From Octopus vulgaris (taxonomy: Eukaryota), in NCBI GenBank assembly GCA_951406725.2, contig OX597828.1, positions 9,114,001 to 9,178,000 on the forward strand: DNA of 64,000 bases. Direction: 5' to 3'. Below are positions 12,700 through 26,198 of this stretch, one piece after another. The position numbers were made by a program, and so were the translations under genes. Position 1 is the stretch's first letter. Every line of letters begins with the position of its first letter. Below the pieces are notes generated by a model. It did not search any database. It had not been told where the DNA came from and saw only the letters and a program-made list of their open reading frames with translations.

Positions 12700-14215
12700 C
12701 TGTTTCTCTTTTTCATCGGGAATAACGTTTGATTGGCTACCTCCTTTGTAACCAGGTTGTGGAAGGAAGTATATTGCTTTGTTCATCATCCTTTAAATGT
12801 TAAGATAGTATCCCAGATTTATATCGTCTATGATATCATGATCACTTATAGCGTACGGATTACGGATTTTTGCTTTATGCCCGAGGACCGAAGTTCAGCC
12901 ATACTTTGCTTCCGACATGTTGGCATGTATCCTTTTCAATAATATTAGGTACGAAGCACTACATGTATCTTGCGTACTGGATTTGCAAACTTCTTATCAA
13001 TAATCTATAGAAATCCTCATTCTCTTGCATATTTTCATCACATTGTTTTCCAGGGTGTAGCTGATCTCCACCTCAGAAAATGTTCTTTCACTCTGGTCCC
13101 ACACAACAATATCTTGTTCTTTTTGAAATTAGGGGCTGTTTTAATTTTTAAGTTCTACCAATATTCTTTTGATCCCTCAGTCTCAAAATAGTCAGCTTTG
13201 TAGACATTGTATTTTTGTTTCTTTTTCCAGAAGTTTCTTGCTGCAGCATTATTCATCATGGAAAGATAATATCTGGAGAACATTCTATCACATTTGGATA
13301 TGTGGTTAATTTTCTCCGTCTTGTTCTTGCAGAGCCTACATTAAATTTTGTTGTCTGTCAAGGTTTTCTATGCCAAGCTTTTGACATGATCGATTTTTTC
13401 TATGATTTGTGATTTTCCTTTACGCATGCGCTATCTTTCCAGTAAACTGGCCCATTTTTTAACATTTTATTTTATCCGTCTGATAAATATATTTTACCAA
13501 TGTTTCTTGGGAAGTGATCTGATTCAGCTATTTTTAAAAAATATTTCTCGAGTCCATCTTAATTTTTGTTGATTTTATGGGAAAAAAATTGGGCAAGATT
13601 GTGACTTGTTTTCTTTCCACTGCTGGAAATATGTCACAATTCTTGTTTCATATAGTATTAATGCAAATTTGCGACCACAGCCACCATCATGCCTTTGGAA
13701 GTGTACCCTGTTTACATTTTCATTCATGATGATGCTTCCTGCAAGACTACGTAGATTGTGAGTTCAAGCATCTATCGCATTGGGTTCTTGTAGGGACTAG
13801 TTCAGAAGGACAAATGTAGGTGTAAAGATATGTATTGCAAATGTGTTTTGGGCAATATGTTTGTTGTAAGCTAAGCGTTCTGATGAACATATTCTTTTTA
13901 AACTCATGTGGTAATATCCTGGTTCCCTTTTTATTCATCTGTCCACTATATCTAACGTTCTTATCCTAGCTAAGAAACCTATAATCGTCACTTGTACGAA
14001 GGGCTATATCATCAAGTCTTTCATTTTATTTTTTCTGAGGAAAGCATATTCCCATGTTTTATCGTAATATAAAATTCTCATTTCAACTCACCAAATTCCA
14101 TTCTAGTGCATGTAGGGAATTGGGTAATGAGCCCCAGTTGTTTTTTTAAATGGCTGATGTTTGGCCAAACACAGTTTCAGGAAGTCGACGAAGAAAATTG
14201 ACACTGGAATTTTGC
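12700..14215 (-). mobile_element. 5'-truncated, degenerate non-LTR retrotransposon with RT and restriction-like endonuclease (R4/Dong-type)
   Basis: Colinear motifs across frameshifts: FFVDFLKL (FVDDLKL, ~14172-14196), KQLGLITQF..RMEFGE, SSERLAYNKHIAQNTFAI..FTPTF, VNRVHFQRHDGGCG (RLYLPRxxGGRG), CRLCKNKTEKINHISKC (CCHC), DIVVWD..EVEISY (PD..E), FYRLLIRSLQIQY. Confidence 0.85.
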
Positions 14216-14268
14216 CAAATCATTTTTAACATACGTATGTGTGTGTGAGTGTGTGTGTGTGCGTGCGC

Positions 14269-14324
<56 letters not shown>

Positions 14325-14632
14325 ATATGAACTATCGTTTACTTAAAACATGTTTGTGAAGTATTTTAACATCTAAAATCAAATTTCTTGCAGTTATCGT
14401 AGCGAAAAATCCTCTCTTATGGTAAAAACAACATATCTGCATATACCGCTTCCATCTAATGGATTCACAGACAAATGTCTCTCACTTTTAAGTCTTTCTC
14501 AATATCTAATGTAGGAGAGAGATAACCCCTCGACAGATTCAAAGCCGTAGTTTTAACTATAAAAAAAAGAATCCGTGACTGCGTTAAGGCTGTAGATTGC
14601 ATGGTCGGAATAAAAGCATCAGCATGAACAAG

Positions 14633-14999
14633 TGGAGGCGCAATGGCCCAATGGTTAGAGCAGAGGACTCGAAGTGGTAGTATCGAGGTTTCGATTCCCA
14701 GACCGGGCATTGTGTGTGTTTATTGAGCGAAAACACCTAAAACTCGACGAGGCTCCTGCAGGGGGTCGTGGCGACCCCTGTTGTACTCTTTCGCTCCAAC
14801 TTTCTCTCACTCTTTCTTCCTGTTTCTTGACTCCGACTTCCTACGCAACCGCTGAGCCTGGATGCGCATTCATCCATCTGTCGATGCTCTCGGTATCGGG
14901 GTTTGACGTGCTTTCTCTTCTGCGGGTCTTACGAATTGCAAAGGACCTCGTATCGGACTTCTCCCAAGGGACGAAGACCGCTTCACTCAACAAACAAAC
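14633..14999 (+). mobile_element. SINE family B, fourth tail type, (CAAA)n end
   Basis: Same head and body; degenerate TSD aagcatcagcatgaacaagtg (14614-14634) and aagcatcaacaagaagaagtg (15000-15020). Confidence 0.85.
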
Positions 15000-15626
15000 A
15001 AGCATCAACAAGAAGAAGTGACTATGGATAAAGGAAATGTCGGTCAGTTAAATGTTGCTTCTGACTGTGAATTTGGCGTTACGTCATAAAATTTAAGACC
15101 ACTTATTCCTAATCACTTCATCGCGCTGATGTTGTTATTTTATAATAATACATACTAGCGTATCTCAGTCACCTACTTCAACTGTTTCTTTGTTGAAGCT
15201 ACAGATTTAAATATGTCCAGAGTTATGGCTCCATTGAAGGAGGCTAAAGCTAAGTAGCCAAATCGCACCTCTACAAATCCGTTAGAAGGCATCACTGTGC
15301 AGGAAATGTGTAATTACCGTTTTTTTCCCATAAGAAAGGATTAGCTTCGACACGGTAACTGACAACAATATGCCTTTAGAAGTAAACATTAAATAATACT
15401 GTAACTTTAAATAATGCGTTAAATAATACTGTAACTAAACTAAAGAGTGTTTATTCCAAATAAGCACTAAGCGCCAATGGTAGTATAGACTCCCTCCCCA
15501 GTTTTCAGTTTTCATAGCATTTTCCGATGCCTGTATAACTAAAGAGATGGCGGCGTGGATTTCCACCTTGGCATCTGAAACTCGGAGTTTTATCATGGCT
15601 ACCGAATAATTGTCACACATTACATT

Positions 15627-15678
<52 letters not shown>

Positions 15679-15936
15679 CCGGTGTTGTTCAAACGATGAA
15701 TAGCCTTCGCGTAAACCATTGGTCCGTTTTGTTCTCTTACTTTATTATCACCTTATAATCATCTCATAATAATGACCTTTATGATTCGTATTACTACCTC
15801 AGTCAATCTAAATGTATATATTTGTCACTACCTGTCATAAAGAAACTTTTTCTATTTGCATTATGCATTTTCGCTGATTTTTCATATTTTACCCTTACAT
15901 TTCCACGTGTATTTTATATTTTCTTTTCGTAACATA

Positions 15937-16001
<65 letters not shown>

Positions 16002-16197
16002 GGTTTGAAGATGATGTATATGTATTTTATATTAGAAGAAATGAGGTACTCAGAAATTCGGATGGTTTTATATTTACATATATTTATTTGTATATTACAT
16101 GTTTTTATACGTCATATAACTTATACCATATATTATATATTAGCGCTTGCATCCATTCTGGTGATTTTTTCAAATTGAATATATATATATATATATA

Positions 16198-16372
<175 letters not shown>

Positions 16373-17178
16373 ACATATATATATATATATGTATACATAT
16401 ATGTACAATAGGCGATGTTTTCATTTTGTTTTCCTTTGTGACTGAGATAGATTTATCCCTAATTTCGAAAATATCGCGAAATGATTTATTTAATGAATAT
16501 ATGCATAATATATTTTCATACATCACATTCACTTATTTACCTGGGTTCAACATCGAATAATATTTTTACAACTAATCATCATATATATTTAGATTACTGA
16601 TTTGATGTTTCAGGACATTGCTTATATGATTGGAACTTCAGGAGAATAGATTTCAAATTCCTTAAGGATATCTACGAAAAAGACACTTATATGTATTGAA
16701 GATTTTGTATGATAATTAATTTATTATTGCAGAAGGCTTGTAGTAGCCCCAAATATTAGCATTTGATATACAACTGATTAATTTATCTACAGAGTCGAAT
16801 CGAAGCAAATCTCAGTATTTCATTGTAATTTTAGATTAGGAAATGATGTTGGTATATGTATCTTACTTTTGTTTTTCCTAGTATGCGTTTGTAATATTTG
16901 TTACGTTAAGTATGTTCAGAAAATACATCTTCCAACCCATCTCTATCGTTAATTAATTTAAGAAAATTAATTATATATTAACTCATAACTAAATAATATA
17001 TTAATTAATTTAGGTTATCATCCTGAAGGCAATTATTTCCTAAGATATATATTCATATGTTTATGCGTATATATATATGTGTGTGTGTATGTATGTATGT
17101 ATTATATGTGTATATATATTCACACACACATACATATATATATATACATGTACATATAAATGTGTACATATATATATT

Positions 17179-17216
<38 letters not shown>

Positions 17217-17263
17217 TGTATATACATATATATATACATGAATATATATACAATGTATACGTA

Positions 17264-17304
<41 letters not shown>

Positions 17305-17815
17305 TGTATATGCATATATATATATACATGATATATACTTATATTTATATAATAACATATATATAATAACATATATATGTGTGATTTTATGTGTGAATGT
17401 ATGTGTGTGTGTCCATATATAATTCTGTGTTCGTCTACATTCCTTCTATCATAGAATACGATTAGATAACACAAATTAATATATCTCAAATTGGTTGGCA
17501 ATTATCTTACACTTCGGGCTTATTACAAGAAAGATGAAGCCAAAATACTTGGCTATGCTTGTATCATTTGATTTACCCTGAAGTTCGGTAAACAGAAGTA
17601 AATAGTTAAGATACGCAAAGTTACCAATTTTGCTTTCCACATTTTATCAGCTAAAACAATTAAGTCATGGTTTGACACGTGAAATATATAAGTTCTGAGT
17701 ATTTCGCTAAGTAAGGAGGCTGATTGAGGAAAAGGTTTTCCGATCACATATACTTATGCATACTAACATGATCATACATACGTTATATATATTCTCATAC
17801 ATATACAAATATAAA

Positions 17816-17872
<57 letters not shown>

Positions 17873-18269
17873 ATGCGTGTATGTTTATGCTTCGCAATTT
17901 AGCGTAACAATCCTATTGCTGATAACAATCCTACTACAGTTTACTGCGTTGCATCAGTCAACAGGGCCAGGTGGAACGCATCCCTTATTTGGACAGATAT
18001 GTCCACCTTCGTCTGAAGTACTCTTATTATTGTGGGATGAAGTACTTCATCCCACAAAGACACAGGTTACTTTTTAAGAATAATATTCTCGCCCATGACA
18101 AAGATGCATAAACAAAGTAAAATGTACGGGATTGACACCATGACAATTACTGGTAGTATTGTTCAACCCAAAATATATAACATACATCCAACTAATGTAG
18201 TGCTGAGCACCTACTCACACTGTTCAATATTAGCGCTTATATATGTATGAGTGTGTATGCGTGTATGCG

Positions 18270-18328
<59 letters not shown>

Positions 18329-18559
18329 GTATGTATGCATGTTTGTATGTATGTCTATACATATACGTATATACATATAAGAGGGATGACCACTAAGTGG
18401 ACATCCATAAGCTAGAAGTCGATTCCCTATGGTCTTACCGCTAAGAATGGAAGGTTCTCAAGAAAGTTTAGCAAACGTCAGAACGTAAGCGAGCAAGAAA
18501 AATGAAAAGATATAAAATAGAGACATAGATAGATAAATAGATAGATAGGTATGCATATG

Positions 18560-18624
<65 letters not shown>

Positions 18625-18846
18625 CACATACACACACACGTATATATACATGTAAATGTACCAATATCGAACTTTATATAGTTTTTAATTTCGGTGAAAT
18701 GTATCAGCTAGAAAAAGCTTCTTGGTTTAAACATTGCGAAATGAAATAGCAACCTGATCGCGGAACCGCAGTAGTGGTTGTATTTTGTATTTCGATAGTG
18801 CGGATTCGAAAGTCTTCATCAGGTCTTCTGAACCTGTTTGCACGAT

Positions 18847-19080
18847 AAGGCGGCGAGCTGGCAGAAAGGTTAGCACGCCGGGCGAAATGCTTAGCAGTGT
18901 TTCGTCTGTCTTTAGGTTCTGAGTTCGAATACCCCTGAGGTCGGTTTTGCCTTTCATTCTTTCGAGGTCGATAAATTAAGTACCAGTTACGCCCTGGAGT
19001 CGATGTAATCGGCTTAATCCCTTCGTCTGTCCTTGTTTGCCCCCTCTATGTTTAGCTCCTTGTGGGCAATAAAGAAATAT
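18847..19080 (+). mobile_element. SINE family C monomer (terminal-type unit)
   Basis: aaggcggcgagctggcagaa..gagttcgaatac..gtcgataaattaagtaccag..gtgggcaataaagaaat. Confidence 0.85.
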
Positions 19081-19444
19081 TGTTCAGGTTCAAATGAATG
19101 GGATATGTGTACTGTTTGAGGAAATGAGAAATATATATCCGACAATATCTATCGCTTCAAGTCTATCACCATTCACATTTCGATCAAATTTTTACCATAA
19201 TAATTGACATAGTAACTATTTTACGTACATAACAGTGATTTCCTATTATAATCTTTTTATGTATATTGTTACTTGTAGTCAATTTTCTGTCAAAAGTCTA
19301 AAATTTTTGAAATAGATTCCATTATATATAGTTGTATAAAATTCGCCAATGTCTAATTGAGTGGAACTTCACAAATTGCTATTCCAATTTATCGGTATTT
19401 AATGGATAAGTCTGTCGGAATTTTCTTTGCAAGTCCTCTTAGAC

Positions 19445-19860
19445 CAGTCATGTTGATATCATTGATTTTCGCCTGAAATACTTGTATGTGAACCCCGACG
19501 GGAAATATGTGAGTAGAGATGGAATTCCAGAGAATTCAGCCTTTCGGAATGAGTGGTTGTAATAGTGAATATCGACTGTGGGGTATTGGACACAGCAGGG
19601 ATAGTGATAGGAGGAGATATGTATAGGTGAAATATACAAGGGTGGGAGTTGTTTGAGTCCATGCAGCTCCAAGGCCTATGGCCTAGAGTTTGGAGTATGT
19701 CATTGAATATTTCTATAGTAATTAGCCGGGTGGCACATTTTGGGATAATGTATAAGCTAAATGTGTGTGCAGCAGCGGTATAATCCCATATGTGTAAATA
19801 AGAGTCCATTGTACCTCACCTAAATTTGTAGGCATATTGGAGCATGAATATCTTCTGGCA
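19445..19860 (-). mobile_element. CR1/L2-group LINE RT C-terminal fragment
   Basis: YK...TMDSYLHIWD..CATRLI..LQTLGHR..LNSLEFH resembles YKxxVRPxMEYCSHIW..RAIRLI..LQPLxHRR. Confidence 0.65.
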
Positions 19861-19917
19861 CCGAAGCAATCATTGTCATGCTATACTACCTATGTTAATG
19901 GTATGCTTTCATCAACA

Positions 19918-20157
19918 GAAGGCGGCGAGCTGGCAGAATCGTTAGCACGCCGGGCGAAATGCGTAGCCATATTTCGTCTGCCGTTACGTTCAGAGTTCAA
20001 ATTCCGCTGAGGTCGACTTTGCCTTTCATCCTTTCGGGGTTGATAAATTAAGTACCAGTAACGCACTGGGGTCGATGTAATCGACTTAATCCGTTTGTCT
20101 GTCCTTGTTTGTCCCTTCTCTGTATTTAGCCCTTGTGGGTAGTAAAGAAATAGGTAT
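19918..20157 (+). mobile_element. SINE family C monomer with 20-bp TSD
   Basis: TSD ggtatgctttcatcaacaga at 19900-19919 and 20153-20172. Confidence 0.9.
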
Positions 20158-22619
20158 GCTTTCATCAACAGATTTTTCTTTGTTATACCGAAACACACCA
20201 ACCCGATTACTTTTGAAGGCTCTGGCCAAGTGTTGCACATGATTAAAATCTGTGGTTCTATAACGATAACTGGATAAGAATATTGCTTGTTCTCTTGCCG
20301 CTGAAAGATAAAACTGACATTTCGCCATACGATGATTCATTCGGAACCTTTGTCAGTGGAAACAGTGCGCTAGATAATAAAGCCGTTTTGTTCAAAGTGA
20401 CAACCTAGCAGTTACGTGACACAAGCCATTGTAAAGTACTGATATGCTTACCATGGATGAAAAATTGTTCTGTAAAATGATGCAATTTGTATTTAAAATG
20501 TAAAATCTCAATGATAAATTTACTTGTTTCAGTTGCTTTGATGTCTTAAAGAATGAAAGATATGATTTTAAACAGAATCTCAGTTTTGCTTATTTGTACT
20601 GTAAACATTTGACAAGCTCAGTTATTAATTTCAACTGAAGACGCCTCGTCATTATAATTCTGTTACAACACACAATGTTCTTTTCAAGTCTCATCTTCTG
20701 AGAAATGTGTTCAAGTAAATTAGATTTTGATTTTAAAAAATTGCAATTGATTTAAAGTGGCCTATAGATAATTCCCGGTCACATGGACATGGCATGTTTC
20801 TCTCGTATCTGCGTTTATACTTGTGATTAATACTGTTAAGTGGCTAACTGTATTTCAACATTTCGATGGCTTAAAAGAAAGGACCAACAATTTAGAATTT
20901 AAAGGTTATGCCTTCTGTATCTCTAAATCGATATGTCAAGATCTTTTCAGAATATATTTGTTTTGAGTTCTATATTAGCCTTCTTTGCCTGATGTTTTAG
21001 AGGCAATTTGTCTTTAGTTCAAAATCTCTGCTGTTCTTTAAGCCATTTGGCATGATTTTGTATTGCAAATGCAACGAAATTTTCCAATCCATAATATCCT
21101 CCCAGTAGACTGAGAAATTTCAGCGAAAACCTATGAAAGAAGAGGTTTCCAGCCACGGAAAATATCTACATACTTTATTTCTGTTGCTTTTACATCTTCG
21201 TTGTTAGCTCTTATTCGTCGTCATCAGCCCCACGAAAATTATACGAGGGAGTGGAATTTAAGACCAAGGAGATATAATTTAGAATGAAACCGCCAACCTG
21301 TTACATACCAAAATCCAAGTTTATAGGACATTCGTTTAGAAAACAGGATATAATTCTGAGATGTAACATGTAAAACAAAAACTCACTTTATTTAATACTT
21401 AGTTCCAGTTCAGATTACTTCTACATGGCAGCATTTTCATGATCATTTTGACCACCTAGAAATAGCTCCCAAAATAAAGGACGCATTAGACAGTGTAGAA
21501 TATATGGGATAACGAAGAATGTGTCTTTTACGAGAGGTCTCTTTATTCAAAGTTCATCTCGGTTCTTGCACCACCACAGCAGTAGCTGCGTTCTTATACG
21601 TTTTTGAACCAATGGGTATGTTTTATGTGAGGGCTCTACCTCTTATTGACTAAATGAAATCCAATTGTCCTTTAAATGGAAATATTAACTAATTCAGTAA
21701 TTAACGAGAGCAAAATCTTCTGCAAGTCCCACACGAGTATTTGCAAAACTTGTACGGAGACATTAACCTGCCTAGTGTTTCCGCCAATATAAATAACAAC
21801 CAAATAATCCTGAGATATTGAATATCATTGTGTGACATGCATTATTACTATAAACAAAGTCAAACGGCCATGGTTAGAAGCTCTTGATAGTAATTTTAGT
21901 TTTCAGATCTAGCTCATTGGGGATTTAAAAAGAACGCACCAAAAAAAACAAGAGCAAAAATTACCCCTAACACCTGTACATTCTCATTGGAGGTGGTAGT
22001 TTAATTATATATATAAGTAGCATGTTTTATTTTGGGTATAAATCTTTGTGACAGTCCTGATTCATCGAATAATGTCACCAGCGGAAGAAATAGGATATAA
22101 TCTATAAAAGGGGAATTGAAACTGGTTTCCTAATTTCTGTTTTTCACACTGAGAGTATACAAGTGTTATTCGATTCTAACCGCTTACTTTAAATAATGCA
22201 TTTCCTAAGGGCTTCAGTGTTTTCCGTCGATAGATACCAAATGATTTTTAGAAACAATAATAAAGGAACAGTTTGAAAACACAATATATAGACAAGGGCT
22301 ACTACCCAGATTTATAGAAAACAATAACAAAAAAATCGACGACTAATTTTAGCAGTATAGCACATTAATTAAAGATTTGTCTAAAAGAGAAAAAATACAA
22401 TAAACGTAATTTAGATATACTTGATTTATCTCAAATCTAATGGAAGTCTGAAAGAAATCAGTTCTTGTCATATATTTTTATAATTTCTTGTTTTTGTTGT
22501 TTCCTCTATTTCATCAAGATTACTTAATTGAACACGCCGAGCTGTACATTATGTTATTCTTTGTTTTCTTTTATCTCTCTGACAAGCTCTTTTTTGTCCC
22601 TGTCTTGATATATATACAA

Positions 22620-22980
22620 TAGTGGTTGTTGGACAAAAACTAATTCAATTGAGAATGTAATACTTCTGGCCATACTGCATCAAGTGTATTGGTTGCATCC
22701 TTTCAATACGACAAAATTGTGTGCCATCATCAAGCACAAATTCGCTTAAAAATACTCATGGGACAAAGGGAAAAAATCCTATCACACGATTTGTTTACAT
22801 AGTTTGGTTCGTGATAATCAGCAAAATTATATTAATGGTGTATTTTCATTCACTTGCGACCCAACGGTGATTTTGTTGCCTGCTAACAAATTCGAATGGT
22901 TGTGTGATAGAACCAGCGTGTTTTTAACGATCAATGAACGTCCAGTGCAGCCATCATTGTATTCTCGGCGGAGATGATCT
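22620..22980 (-). mobile_element. Possible Gypsy integrase fragment
   Basis: EFVLDDGTQFCRIE resembles IVSDNGTQFxSxEF; the rest is highly decayed. Confidence 0.4.
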
Positions 22981-23160
22981 ATATGTATATACAATCATGT
23001 TCACACAAAGAAAGCTTACGCATACTCAAACACATCTACACACAGGCACCTACACCACATGCCTACACACATATACAGATACGTGGTTGCGATGGTGTAC
23101 ATATATATATATATATATACGTATGTACGTGGTCCTTGTAAACACTCACTAACATGTATA

Positions 23161-23226
<66 letters not shown>

Positions 23227-23865
23227 AACACATTTGTATGCGTGTGTTTACAAGGACCACGCACATACGTACACATAGACGTATATCCAAACGCAAACAT
23301 ACGTACAGCTATGTGTCTTTGTGTGCTGAGGCCTGTATTTATGAATGTGCGTATGATTCAGCTTGGTGCATTCAATGAAGAGAATTGTCGATAATACTGA
23401 AGCATTGAACAAACATACAATGTACGGTTACATTCCTATGAGACGATCGTTGCAGAAGGATCAGCCGGCTCTTGGTGTCATCCTGAACGTACTGTTCTCA
23501 ATTCTCATTGTTCTTGCCTTCTAAAATAATTACGAGATGTGACACAAGTACAGTATAATCACGTTTCGCTCCATTCGCGATGTCTAGTTTTATTTTCGCT
23601 ATCAAATATATTGAGTAAGACCTATTGATTGCATTGCATTAGTTTTGTTTCTTTTTTTTCTTCTTCTTTATTATTATTCTTTTTGGTTATTGTTTGCCTT
23701 TTATTTGCTTTTTGTTCAACAACGTTTGTAAGAAATTCTTCTCCCATATGCAGTCACGTGGTAATTTGTAATCTGTTAAGAAAACATCCGGGTCCTGCTG
23801 AGAAACACAAATGCATTGTTATATGTTGCAAAGCCTGCATGAAATGCATAATTCCTACAACTCAA

Positions 23866-23925
23866 TAACAACAACAATAACAGCAACAACTAAAACAACA
23901 ACTGCTGCTACTACTGTTGCTACTA

Positions 23926-23991
<66 letters not shown>

Positions 23992-24191
23992 CAATACTGC
24001 GGCTGCTGCTGTTGATACTGTTGCTGTTGTTGCTACTGCCGCTGCTACTACTACTAATACTACCATCACCATTACTACTACTACTACTACTACTACTACG
24101 ACGACGACGACGACGAGGATAGTAACAACAACTACAGCCGCTAATTCTACTGCTACTACTTCTATTACTACCACCACTACTACTACTACTG

Positions 24192-24233
<42 letters not shown>

Positions 24234-24235
24234 AC
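23866..24235. repeat. Compound trinucleotide microsatellite (CAA/CTA/CTG/CGA)n
   Basis: Direct reading of the sequence. Confidence 0.95.
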
Positions 24236-25173
24236 TTTAATGTTTATGATGATTAATAAGTTAAAATATCTCGGTGACGAGTTTTCGTTTAAAACGGGCT
24301 CAGTCTTTTGGCAGGTACTTTGATTTATTGATTTCCGATAAATAAAAAGAAAGCAGGTGTAGGTGGGTTTTGAACACAGAATTTAAATAAATATAGGTTT
24401 AAACATAGTGCTGAAACGATTTTGCGAATCCTCAACTGCAGCCGTCAACAATATTAATGACAACAACAATATCAACAACACTAAACTCGACAACAATAAT
24501 AATAGTTTCTCGGTACACGGCGAACTGGTTTGAGATGACGGTGTCAGTCGATACTGTAACCTGATAGAATATTTTGGTGTCCTGAAAAGCAAAGTTGGCC
24601 AGGGCAGGATTTGAACTCAATTTTCAAGAGCCGAAATTAATGCTGCAAGGCATTTTTTTCGGCACTTTTTACAGTTCTACCATTCCAACTCTGTATTATC
24701 AATTATATTAATTACAAGAATAATAGCAACAACAATATTAACAAAACATCAACAAAACAAAAGTTTTCTTGCCATAAGCATCTTTGCTGTTTTGAACAGA
24801 ACAACGACGAAATATTTAATAGTGGGCAATTTACAGCAAATAAAATTGTGAAATCAATAATAACATTGAAAAACAGACAGTAAAAATTGCAATGTTTTAA
24901 TTTACAAGTTATGTAACACAAACGATGAAGGAGGTTATCAGTCTATATTGCTGTATTCATTTATATATTTTAGAGTTAGAGTTGCCATCATTTTCCCCAA
25001 ATCACCACTGTCTTTCTTCCCTAAAGGTATGTAAAAGTAGTAAAAAGAATTTGCAATCCGAGTGTTTGCGAGTGAGTTGGGCTTTGAACCAGATATTCTG
25101 TTTAAGTAGTTAGGGCATTGTTGTGCTTGACGATTAAGCCTTTGTTGTTTTAGATCTCTCCAAGCTTACCTCC

Positions 25174-26198
25174 ATTTATTTCTACATTGCTCACAAGGGC
25201 TAAACATAGAGGGGACAAACAAGGACAGACGAAGAGAGTAAGTCGATTACATCGACCTCAGTGCATAACTGGTACTTAATTTATCGCCCCCGAAAGGATG
25301 AAAGGTAAAGTCTATCTCGGCGGAATTTGAACTCAGAACGTAAAGACAGACGGAATACCTATTTCTTTACTACCCACATGAGGCTAAATACAGAGAGAAC
25401 AAACAAGGATTTAAGTCGATTATATCGACCCCAGTGCGTCACTGGTACTTGTATAATCGACCCCGAAAGGATGAAAGGCAAAGTCGACCACGGCGGAATT
25501 TGAACTCATAACGCAGCGGCAAACGAGATACCTGTTTCTTTACTACCCACAAGGGGCTAAACACAGAGGGGGCAAACAAGGACAGACAAACGAATTAAGT
25601 CGATTACATCGAAGCCAGTGCGTTACTGGTACTTAATTTATCGACCCCGTAAGGATTAAAGGCAAAGTCGACCTCGGCGGAATTTGAACTCAGAACGTAA
25701 CGGCAGACAAAATACCGTTAACATTTCGTCCGGTATGTTAACGATTCTGCCAGCTCGCCGCTCTAAGAAGTGTATAAAATGTTAATCTCTTTATTGCACA
25801 CAGGGGCTAAACATAGAGGGAAAAAACAAGGACAGATAAAGGAATTAAGTTAATTACATCGACCCAAGCGCGTAATTGGTACTCATTTAACCGACCACGA
25901 AAGGATGAAAGGTAAAGTCGACCGCAGCGGAGTTTGAACTCAGAACGTAACGCTACACGAAATACTTATTTCTTTACTACCCACAAGGGGCTAAACACAG
26001 AGAGGACAAACAAGGACAGACGAACGGATTAAGTCGATTACATCGACCTCTGTGCGTAACTCGTACTTAATTTATCTACCCCGAAAGGATGAAAGGCAAA
26101 GACGACCTCAGCTGAGTTTGAACTCAGAACGTAACTCTACACGAAATACCGCTAAGCATTTCGCCCGGTGTGTTAACGATTCTGCCAGCTTGCCGCCC
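25174..26198 (-). mobile_element. SINE family C multimers: trimer (25174-25761) and dimer (25786-26198)
   Basis: Five ~175-185-bp body units, but only two heads (gattctgccagctcgccgc at ~25743-25761 and ~26178-26197). Confidence 0.9.

Larger units (their letters stand above)
18660..21200 (-). mobile_element. Ancient hAT (Tip100/ZMYM1-like) transposase fossil interrupted by two SINEs and a LINE fragment
   Basis: Colinear remnants: FPWLE..DWK..KWL (TTF-like, ~21160-21040), RHNL and AIEML, FYLSAARE and MCNTW (~20310-20225), then VAISFRNV*T and RSFF*L..IKNYIK (ERSFSxLKLIKxYLR, ~18760-18670). Confidence 0.5.

Noticed and set aside
21620-21880. Helitron PIF1 helicase remnant (ITINKS.G-like at ~21844-21870)
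   Set aside because: Only one short frameshifted motif; too weak to call.
22000-22340. Penelope RT remnant (NAFPKG..LKTQYIDKGY); also a GIY-YIG-like end at ~47870-48000 and an RT-like stretch at ~49450-49740
   Set aside because: Suggestive but too decayed to support without an alignment.
23811-24235. Mucin-like poly-Thr/Ala or poly-Leu coding exon
   Set aside because: Compound trinucleotide repeat with no supported splice or gene context.
23690-25030. Isolated exon-like segments (minus ~23800-23690 QDPDVFLTDY..; plus 24974-25026); similar at ~33884, ~52230 and ~63410-63555
   Set aside because: Splice-like signals occur by chance in AT-rich DNA; no recognisable protein or consistent exon chain.
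25174-26198. Regular repeats suggesting a CRISPR array
   Set aside because: Units are ~180 bp, contiguous, lack unique spacers and match a dispersed SINE; eukaryotic context, no cas genes.
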